Shown piece after piece: positions 8,723 through 15,378 of a stretch of 37,021 nucleotides of DNA; the first letter of the stretch is position 1, and the number at the start of each line of letters is the position of its first letter. The DNA lies in the IMG/VR virus record IMGVR_UViG_3300035182_000650, positions 1-37,021 of that record; one strand, given 5' to 3'. Position numbers and translations under genes: made by a program. Below the pieces are notes generated by a model. The model did not search any database. It saw only the letters and a list, made by a program, of their open reading frames with translations, and was not told where the DNA came from. This DNA comes from a virus. Taxonomy: Duplodnaviria; Caudoviricetes.

Positions 8723-8757
8723 GGCTATAGTATATGTATAATATAGCCATAGATCAA
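8723..8757 (-). promoter_or_regulatory. promoter with 26-bp palindromic operator
   Basis: TTGATC-17bp-TATACT on the minus strand; palindrome GGCTATAGTATATGTATAATATAGCC (8723-8748). Confidence 0.7.
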
Positions 8758-10412
8758 ATCTTATTTTTATCGCAGAACGACTTTAAGCACTCTTCGACGG
8801 TGAACGGGAATACCCAGCCGCGACTATTATTTGCCGCTTTGTTATGCAGTCCAGCATCATTGCCCAACCAACGCCCCAGCTTATTGGCGCTAAGGCGGTT
8901 GCTGATTTTTTGACGGTCACAAAAATCGATGTAACTGTCGAAAATGATAGATGACGGTAGCCACGGTTCCCACATCAGTGTGCCAGTGTGGGCAATGTGA
9001 CCGCGCTCTAAGCAGTCAAGGAACCATTGTGATGTTGTGTCAAGCGAGTATAGCCGTTGCTCTCTTGCTCCTGCTGTGTCAGGTATCGTGCCGGGGTGAA
9101 AAGTTGAAATATCACGATTAAGCATGTCGTACAGAAATGCTGATCGGGCAGACTCACTGTCAATTTGTGCCGCTAGTGATCTAAAGTATGTCGTATCGCC
9201 CTTTCGACAATCCGACACATCGGCGACAAGATAACGCGCATCATCAGCGGATGTCGGCACTACCCACCGCTCGTTTGTTGCCATGATAATTTTCAGGCGA
9301 TTGGCAAGCTGGACAATACCCAACCCTTTGCCCTCGATGGTCAGAACATCATCGCTTATCATCGCCTTCAGCACGCCCTCGTGCTGCTTGTCACCGGCAA
9401 AAAATGCCTCATCTGCAAACAGCAGGCAGGTATTGGCTAGATGCTGGTTAAATTTCCCCGTAAGATGGTTTCCGTTGCTGATGTGTAGCCCGTGTTGTCC
9501 CCATAACTTACGCAAAAAATGCCCGAACAATCCTTTACCTATCCGCTTTTTACCCCTGAACACCAATACCGCACCTGCCTGTTTTTCGGGGAATTGCAGG
9601 GTATGTGCGCACCAGTCTAGGATGTAGGTGTAAACCTCTGTGTTACCACCTGCAAGCACGTTAAAAACGTGATCGTCTATTAACTGCCAGTCGCCCTTGG
9701 ACGGCTTTGTTTCCATCCCGCCCCACAGGTTTAACGCACCTTCTACACGGTCTATTTCCTCGCCCTCACGCACGGGGTAAAAGTACACTCCGTTGGGATA
9801 GCGTCTGCATTTTGGGTTAGATGCCCATGCTGTGATCCTGTCACGAAACGCTGGTGCACCTGCGGAATTTTTCCCGCACTCATACGTGTCGTGCTGGTAA
9901 AGCACAGACAGCTCGACAGGGCGTAAGAATTCAGTTTGTAAATGGCTTGTGTCGTTTGGGTTTGGCGACTTGCGCATGATGACGGCCTTACCACCCAGCA
10001 TCGTCAGCGCATGAGAAACGCGGCTTTCTGGGTCGTCGTTCATCTGCTCAACCATTTCATTCAGCGGCAGTTTTCCAGTGGCTTTTTTGCCGTGCTTGCG
10101 GATGACGGCTTTTTTGATGGCATCACGCACAGCGTGGGCGGTTAGATCAAAGACGCGGCTCATGTGGTTGATAAATTCAGTCACATCTGATGCACGCAAA
10201 ATTCCTATGCCATGATGCCGACCCATAAAATCAATGATGCGTAATTCATCATCATCTTCTTTTTTAGCAAGGCTGGCAGCGTCTACTACCATGCGAGAAA
10301 ATTCAGGCTTTAGTGCGCCTGCATCAAATGCATTAGCACCAGCATCATCTATATCTAGTAGGTATTGTGCCGTATTGCGCACAATGCTACTATCTGTAGT
10401 GTTCTTTGACAT
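8754..10412 (-). CDS. DUF5906 / D5-like superfamily 3 replicative helicase
   Basis: LNLWGG, YILDW, Walker A GKKRIGKG, GKFN, Walker B FADE, IEGKG, ATN motif C; C-terminal segment may be a winged helix. Confidence 0.85.
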   Translation of the reverse strand: MSKNTTDSSIVRNTAQYLLDIDDAGANAFDAGALKPEFSRMVVDAASLAKKEDDDELRIIDFMGRHHGIGILRASDVTEFINHMSRVFDLTAHAVRDAIKKAVIRKHGKKATGKLPLNEMVEQMNDDPESRVSHALTMLGGKAVIMRKSPNPNDTSHLQTEFLRPVELSVLYQHDTYECGKNSAGAPAFRDRITAWASNPKCRRYPNGVYFYPVREGEEIDRVEGALNLWGGMETKPSKGDWQLIDDHVFNVLAGGNTEVYTYILDWCAHTLQFPEKQAGAVLVFRGKKRIGKGLFGHFLRKLWGQHGLHISNGNHLTGKFNQHLANTCLLFADEAFFAGDKQHEGVLKAMISDDVLTIEGKGLGIVQLANRLKIIMATNERWVVPTSADDARYLVADVSDCRKGDTTYFRSLAAQIDSESARSAFLYDMLNRDISTFHPGTIPDTAGAREQRLYSLDTTSQWFLDCLERGHIAHTGTLMWEPWLPSSIIFDSYIDFCDRQKISNRLSANKLGRWLGNDAGLHNKAANNSRGWVFPFTVEECLKSFCDKNKI

Positions 10413-10472
10413 AAGCACCTATGTTATTAAGCCACCCTAGACCGGTGGCTTTTCCGTTTATGGGAAATCAGT

Positions 10473-10631
10473 TTATGCCGACTTATACTCTTGCCGCAAT
10501 CTCTCGATCAGCAATGTCTTAAATAGGGTTGTCAGGTTCATTCCCTTTGAGTTGGCGAGACGTTGCGCCGCAGCCTTAAGGCTTGGCTCAAACACCATTC
10601 TGACCGGTGCTGTTGCTTTTTCTGTTTCCAT
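10473..10631 (-). CDS. ribbon-helix-helix DNA-binding protein (52 aa)
   Basis: METEKATAPVRMVFEPSLKAAAQRLANSKGMNLTTLFKTLLIERL; TAATG overlap with the upstream gene. Not in the ORF track. Confidence 0.7.
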   Translation of the reverse strand: METEKATAPVRMVFEPSLKAAAQRLANSKGMNLTTLFKTLLIERLRQEYKSA

Positions 10632-10831
10632 TATTTCCACTCCCCACACCAATCATCATCATAAGTATTTTGTTGTATAATATCTTCATCGCCGTCTTCA
10701 TTCACACGGGTCACTGGCGGGTATCTCCTGCATTCCCCATTAGCTAAAGCGTTTTTGGTGAGTAATGCTTTGTACCATTCAGGGTGCCTCATGAAGAACT
10801 TGCAGTTCTTGCATGATTCGTTATCGCTCAT
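10631..10831 (-). CDS. small Cys-rich (probable Zn-binding) phage protein
   Basis: SCKNCKFF...GECRRYPP...DDWCGEW; start at 10831 after a GGAG RBS. Confidence 0.7.
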   Translation of the reverse strand: MSDNESCKNCKFFMRHPEWYKALLTKNALANGECRRYPPVTRVNEDGDEDIIQQNTYDDDWCGEWK

Positions 10832-10854
10832 ATCAATCTCCTTTCTTTTAAAGA

Positions 10855-10888
10855 TGTCCATATTATACCTATAATATAGACAAATCAA
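10855..10888 (-). promoter_or_regulatory. leftward promoter with 28-bp palindromic operator
   Basis: TGTCCATATTATACCTATAATATAGACA (10855-10882); TTGATT and TATAAT/TAATAT boxes on the minus strand. Confidence 0.65.
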
Positions 10889-11208
10889 TACGCATTCACG
10901 GGCAAAAATACACATTTATACGCATTTATACACGTTGTGTATTTTGTAACTTGCTGAAAATAAACTGGAAAATACAGAAAATACGCATATACGCATTTTT
11001 TGGCGAAATCGCTATGGTAAATATAATATGTGTCATGGGCATATTATGACTATGATGCTCTCTCACGTACATGAGTCATAATATAATGTATAATGTGTAT
11101 ATTGTGTATAAAAGATAATAGAATCAGTAACTTACAAAAATACACATTAATACACATTTTTTTTATTACTTGTTAAATCATACAGTTACAGCAATACACA
11201 TTGTGTAT
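10888..11208. repeat. iteron-like array A (ATAC[A/G]CA, direct and inverted), putative replication origin
   Basis: Direct copies at 10888, 10908, 10918, 10928, 10981, 10989, 11140, 11150, 11194; inverted (TGTGTAT) at 10936, 11094, 11103, 11202. IHF-consensus match AATCAGTAACTTA at 11122-11134. AT-rich. Confidence 0.65.
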
Positions 11209-11277
11209 TGGCATGGTTTTTGAAGTTTAATCGTGAAGGTCAGCATAACCCACCTCGGCCATAGTGAGGGCTTTTTT

Positions 11278-11583
11278 GTAGTCACGTAGTCACCTGTAGT
11301 CACTATATAATTTTTAAGCGACTACACGAAAAATCCTTTTAAATCCATATACTTGCCACACTTGTAGTCATGTAGTCACTAGATATAGGTAAAGTATATT
11401 GGTAAAACACATTATGCCTATATACCCATGTGGAAAACGCTACGTACAAAAAAAGTTTGCTCGGTACTAGTGACTACGTGACTACAAAGCATTTTATAAC
11501 CTTTTAAGTGTATGTTTTGAATGTGTTTTTTTCTGTAGTCACTACCGACTACACGGCACTTTAAATAGTGACTACGTGACTAC
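11278..11583. repeat. iteron-like array B (GTAGTCAC octamer, 6 direct and 6 inverted), putative replication origin
   Basis: Direct at 11278, 11286, 11296, 11364, 11372, 11535; inverted at 11318, 11470, 11478, 11545, 11568, 11576 (some with 1-2 mismatches). Arranged as a large imperfect palindrome around an AT-rich centre. Confidence 0.75.
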
Positions 11584-11596
11584 AGTTTTTCCCATG

Positions 11597-11632
11597 AAAA
11601 AACCCGCTGCAAGCTAAGCCTGTAGAGGGTTT
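11597..11632 (-). terminator. intrinsic terminator downstream of the CRISPR mini-array
   Basis: Minus strand AAACCCTCTACAGGCTTAGCTTGCAGCGGGTTTTTT: imperfect hairpin with a U tail. Confidence 0.6.
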
Positions 11633-11644
11633 CAGCGTAAAGGC

Positions 11645-11746
11645 ATTGTAGTATTCCGGGGGGAGAGTGGGCGCTACAACATGCTGTACTCACTGAGATA
11701 AAAGCCGTACATTGTAGTATTCCGGGGGGAGAGTGGGAGCTACAAC
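11645..11746 (-). CRISPR. type II-C-like CRISPR mini-array (2 x 36-bp repeats, 1 x 30-bp spacer)
   Basis: Repeats 11645-11680 and 11711-11746 differ at one base. Minus-strand repeat GTTGTAGCTCCCACTCTCCCCCCGGAATACTACAAT shares its length, 5' GTTGTAGCTCCC and 3' CTACAAT with the Neisseria meningitidis II-C repeat. Spacer 11681-11710. Confidence 0.85.
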
Positions 11747-11749
11747 TGG

Positions 11750-12238
11750 ATGGGACCGGTGAAACTAATCTACCTAGACATAGACGGCGTGCTCTGCACT
11801 CACCGCGCTTGTGCTGCTATTGGCGAATCCACGGGTAGTATGGACTACCTTGATCCGATTGCCTGCAAGCTGGTGGAGCGTCTAATCACTGACTTTGAAG
11901 CAAAAGTTGTGATTAGCAGTACATGGCGGTTAACCCGCAGCAAGCGCGAAATGTATCAGCTATTCCGTTGTGCAGGGCATCGCATCATTGCCGAATCACT
12001 GCATGAGCGTTGGGCAACACCGACAATCAAAAGACCCGACCTGATGCGCGGTCACGAAATCGAACTTTCCCTGTCTGAAATCGAAAACCACGAACACGTA
12101 ACATCCTATGTAATTCTTGACGACGATAGCGACATGCTGGGCTACCAACAGCCGTTTTTTGTGCAGACGGATACCTATGATGGGCTTGGCTTCATGGGAT
12201 TTGAGCGTGCTAGGCGGATTTTAGGTGGTGAGTCTTGA
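11750..12238 (+). CDS. HAD-superfamily phosphatase (HAD_SAK_2-like, Swiss-army-knife RNA-repair type)
   Basis: IYLDIDGVL (motif I), VVISSTWR, RGHEI, YVILDDDSDM, FVQTD..DGL. Start may be GTG at 11759. Confidence 0.85.
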   Translation: MGPVKLIYLDIDGVLCTHRACAAIGESTGSMDYLDPIACKLVERLITDFEAKVVISSTWRLTRSKREMYQLFRCAGHRIIAESLHERWATPTIKRPDLMRGHEIELSLSEIENHEHVTSYVILDDDSDMLGYQQPFFVQTDTYDGLGFMGFERARRILGGES

Positions 12239-12398
12239 TGCCAAAAGATTGGACGCAAACCCAAAACATACCGCTAGACTGCCACCGCCCGCTTATGGAG
12301 GCATCCCATCCGCCAAGACGCATTCGCAAGAGTGCCCGGAATGTGAGCGTAGGCTCTGCGGTGAGTTTGTTGTAAAAAAGACCATAAAAAAACATTGA
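12228..12398 (+). CDS. hypothetical protein (56 aa, CPEC motif)
   Basis: GTG start overlapping the end of the HAD gene; open frame ending ...ECPECERRLCGEFVVKKTIKKH. Weak support. Confidence 0.35.
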   Translation: MSLDAKRLDANPKHTARLPPPAYGGIPSAKTHSQECPECERRLCGEFVVKKTIKKH

Positions 12399-12438
12399 AT
12401 TGCTATATACTCATCGCATCTATTTATGAGGATTTTTT

Positions 12439-12621
12439 ATGTTGAATTTTCTATCAGGCCGTAAAACCTACCTCACCGCATTGATCATGGGTGCCATTGG
12501 AGTGGCAAAACTGGCAGGCGTGGAAATCCCCGGGTTTGAGCAGGCTGATGCCGGGCAATTGATCGGGAATGCCATGGCGTTTGCATTCCTCCGCAGCGGT
12601 GTAAAATCCAATGCAGTTTGA
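12439..12621 (+). CDS. putative holin
   Basis: 60 aa, G.KTY N-terminal motif, two hydrophobic segments, GAGGA RBS, overlaps the endolysin. Confidence 0.7.
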   Translation: MLNFLSGRKTYLTALIMGAIGVAKLAGVEIPGFEQADAGQLIGNAMAFAFLRSGVKSNAV

Positions 12622-13138
12622 TGACGCCTTTGACGAGCTTATCGACTCCGAGGGCAGTTACAGTGACGACCCGCAGGACCCCGGCAACTGGACATCTGGC
12701 GTATGCGGTAAGGGTGAGTGCAAAGGCACAAAATACGGCATTGCCGCTAACTCTTACGGCAGTTTAGACATTAAGCGATTGACGCTAGATGATGCCAAGG
12801 CTATTTACAAGCGGGATTATTGGGATGTGTGGCAGTTTAACGGGCTAACATCGCCATTACCAGATAGTTTGCAGTATGAGCTATTTGATGCCGCCGTTAA
12901 TACAGGGCTAGGTAACGCATCTAGGTTTTTGCAGCGGGCTTTAAAAGTGGCTGATGACGGGGTAATCGGCAATGTGACAATCAAGGCTTTGGATGATGCG
13001 CTAACCAATTTCGGGATAGCGCGTGTCGAGCAATGGTTTTTAGCCGAAAAATTAGATCACTACACTAACTTATCCACATGGGGGCGATTCGGGCGTGGGT
13101 GGACAAAGCGCGTGGTCAAATCACTGAAAAATATCTAA
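12611..13138 (+). CDS. endolysin, glycoside hydrolase family 108 with PG-binding domain
   Basis: EGSYSDDPQDPG, GTKYGI, A..IYKRDYW, FDAAVNTG, LQRAL.V.DDG.IG..T, FGRGW..RV. Confidence 0.93.
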   Translation: MQFDDAFDELIDSEGSYSDDPQDPGNWTSGVCGKGECKGTKYGIAANSYGSLDIKRLTLDDAKAIYKRDYWDVWQFNGLTSPLPDSLQYELFDAAVNTGLGNASRFLQRALKVADDGVIGNVTIKALDDALTNFGIARVEQWFLAEKLDHYTNLSTWGRFGRGWTKRVVKSLKNI

Positions 13139-13155
13139 CAATAACCGGGGGCACA

Positions 13156-13392
13156 ATGGAACCTCAAAAAATACAAGAACTCGTCCTTAAAATGGACGCC
13201 AGAATTGAGCGAAATAAAGAATCCATCGACAAGCTAGAAGCCATTGCAGACCGCACTGACGCAGCAATCCGAAAGATTGCCGAACAGCAAGCAAAGCAAG
13301 TCTGGATTATGACAACGGCAGGGATTTTTATTGCCGCCAGTCAAACAGGATTGCTTGCCAACCTTGGAAAATTATTTGTGTTAGCTCCATGA
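13156..13392 (+). CDS. small coiled-coil protein with C-terminal membrane anchor (lysis-cassette protein)
   Basis: MEPQKIQE... heptad pattern then VWIMTTAGIFIAA; GGGGG RBS. Confidence 0.6.
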   Translation: MEPQKIQELVLKMDARIERNKESIDKLEAIADRTDAAIRKIAEQQAKQVWIMTTAGIFIAASQTGLLANLGKLFVLAP

Positions 13393-13428
13393 AAATAGTT
13401 TCAATGCTCCTCCTAGCGACGACACTTA

Positions 13429-13456
13429 CCGGATGTGCAACACATCCGGGCTTTTT
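13429..13456 (+). terminator. probable intrinsic terminator after the lysis cassette
   Basis: CCGGATGTG-CAA-CACATCCGG perfect 9-bp stem followed by GCTTTTT. Confidence 0.55.
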
Positions 13457-13559
13457 GTGTCTGCCGATGCGTCGATAGCAAAGCCAGTGCCAAGCGCCAC
13501 AGATTGGCGGTTTAATGGATTGCAAACACGCAGGCAGTGGTGATATGTTATTGTTTTAA

Positions 13560-13636
13560 CGCAGGGTAGAGCAATCAGGCAGCTCGTCAGGCTCATAACC
13601 TGAAGGTTGAGGGTTCAAATCCCGCCCCTGCTACCA
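13560..13636 (+). tRNA. tRNA-Met(CAT), initiator (fMet) type
   Basis: Cloverleaf closely following E. coli tRNA-fMet; unpaired C1:U72, anticodon loop CTCATAA, TTCAAAT T-loop, encoded CCA. Confidence 0.93.
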
Positions 13637-13700
13637 TTCTTTTTGAGGTATCTATGCTGACAATCAGTGACAACCACCTTGCTTGTGTGATTACCGAGTA

Positions 13701-13988
13701 ATGGTGCAACTACGCCTCAAGCTACCCGATACGCCGCTATCAAAAGAGGAGATGCGGCTAGCGATGTTTGAGCGCGTACCCATGCTGATTAATACGCTCT
13801 CTGAGATTATCCAAAACGAGGATAATCCGGCAAGCGTGAGAGTGCAGGCTATAAACTCATGGCTTGATCGGGCAATTGGCAAGCCAAAGCAAGCGGTTGA
13901 TATGCAGCATTCTGGTAACGTATCCACAACCGTCCTGACCCCTGAGCGATTCGAGCAGATTTGCCGGGATTTGGCAGATGACGTTTAG
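13701..13988 (+). CDS. terS: putative terminase small subunit
   Basis: Immediately upstream of and overlapping terL; C-terminal RVQAINSWLDRAIGKPKQAVD pattern. Start uncertain. Confidence 0.6.
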   Translation: MVQLRLKLPDTPLSKEEMRLAMFERVPMLINTLSEIIQNEDNPASVRVQAINSWLDRAIGKPKQAVDMQHSGNVSTTVLTPERFEQICRDLADDV

Positions 13989-15378
13989 TCCTGAGCAGCA
14001 CGCGGCAATGTCTCTACGTGCGCATCATGACTTTTATCATTTCACGCGCTGGATGTTCCTCATGCGTCGCAACTATAAGTGGTCACGCGCCCCCCATCAC
14101 AAAAAGATAGCGGATGCCCTTATGAGGGTTTACCGGGGCGAGTGCAAGCGGCTGATTATCAATATTTCGCCGCGTTACGGAAAGACGGAGCTAGCCGTTA
14201 TCAATTTTATCGCGTGGACAATCGGCAGGCATCCCGACTCTGAATATATCCATGCGTCCTACTCTGCTATGCTAGCAGGCAATAATAGCTCACAAATCCG
14301 CACACTGGTGCAACATGAGGATTACCGAGCCATATTCCCCGGCTTGGAGCTAGAAACCGAAGCGGCGCATCACTGGAAAACCACCGCCGGTGGCGTGATG
14401 TATGCCACGGGGACGGGCGGGACAATTACCGGGTTCGGCGCGGGTAAGCAGCGGGAGGGGTGGGGCGGATGCATAGTAATCGATGATGCGCACAAAGCCG
14501 ACGAAGCGCGGTCTGAGGTTATGCGCCGGAACGTCATCGACTGGTTCCAGAACACGTTAGAAAGCCGCAAAAACAGCCGGGAAACCCCTATTATCGTTAT
14601 CATGCAACGTCTGCACGAGGATGACTTGAGTGGGTGGCTGCTGAATGGCGGAAACGGTGAGGAGTGGGAACATCTGTGTTTGCCTGCCATCCAGTCAGAC
14701 GGTACTGCGCTGTGGCCAGAGAAACATTCCCTTGCTGAATTGCGCGTGATGGAGCAATCAAGCCCATACGTGTTCGCAGGCCAGTACATGCAGCGCCCCG
14801 CTCCGTTGGATGGCGGAATATTCAAGCCGGGGCAAATACAGGTTATAGACGCACTTCCAGCCGAGCGGATTACGTGGGTACGCGGTTGGGATTTTGCCGC
14901 CACGCTGGATGGCGACTACACCGCAGGCGGCAAGCTGGGGCGATTGCCCGATGGTCGGTTTGTCATTGGTGATATGGTGCGACTAAGAGCGCTTGCGGAT
15001 GAGCGGGATAATGCGCTAGTCAACACGTCGGCACTCGACGGCAAGTCGGTAAAGATCAGCCTCCCCCAAGACCCCGGACAGGCTGGCAAGACACAAATCC
15101 TGTATCTGTCGCGCAAGCTGGCAGGATACCGCATCCACACCAGCCCAGAAACGGGCGATAAAATCACCCGTGCTGAGCCATTCGCGGCTCAAATCAATGC
15201 GGGCAATGTACTTATGTTGCGCGGAGGCTGGAATTCGTCTCTAATTGACGAAATGCGAATGTTTCCCAATGGCAGCAATGACGATCAGATAGACGCACTG
15301 TCACGGGCATTTTCCGAACTGATCACCCCAATCCGTCTGTCAGTTAGTCAGTCGGCAATAACCAAGGCGGCAAAATGA
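13978..15378 (+). CDS. terL: terminase large subunit
   Basis: INISPRYGKT (Walker A), CIVIDD (Walker B), IMQRLHEDD, GQYMQRP, GWDFA, DDQIDA nuclease motifs. Confidence 0.95.
   Translation: MTFSPEQHAAMSLRAHHDFYHFTRWMFLMRRNYKWSRAPHHKKIADALMRVYRGECKRLIINISPRYGKTELAVINFIAWTIGRHPDSEYIHASYSAMLAGNNSSQIRTLVQHEDYRAIFPGLELETEAAHHWKTTAGGVMYATGTGGTITGFGAGKQREGWGGCIVIDDAHKADEARSEVMRRNVIDWFQNTLESRKNSRETPIIVIMQRLHEDDLSGWLLNGGNGEEWEHLCLPAIQSDGTALWPEKHSLAELRVMEQSSPYVFAGQYMQRPAPLDGGIFKPGQIQVIDALPAERITWVRGWDFAATLDGDYTAGGKLGRLPDGRFVIGDMVRLRALADERDNALVNTSALDGKSVKISLPQDPGQAGKTQILYLSRKLAGYRIHTSPETGDKITRAEPFAAQINAGNVLMLRGGWNSSLIDEMRMFPNGSNDDQIDALSRAFSELITPIRLSVSQSAITKAAK

Noticed and set aside
11579-11644. Third degenerate CRISPR repeat and second spacer
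   Set aside because: Only CGCTGCAAG resembles the repeat end, it is 1 bp off the 66-bp period, and it is better explained as an arm of the terminator hairpin.
11681-11710. Self-targeting by the spacer
   Set aside because: By eye only 8-9 nt matches were found (GTACGGCT at 27049 and 27175, GTACAGCAT near 35621), which is expected by chance. An exhaustive alignment was not run.
13560-13636. tRNA as prophage attachment site
   Set aside because: It lies between the lysis and terminase genes, far from the int remnant, and no duplicate of its 3' end was seen.
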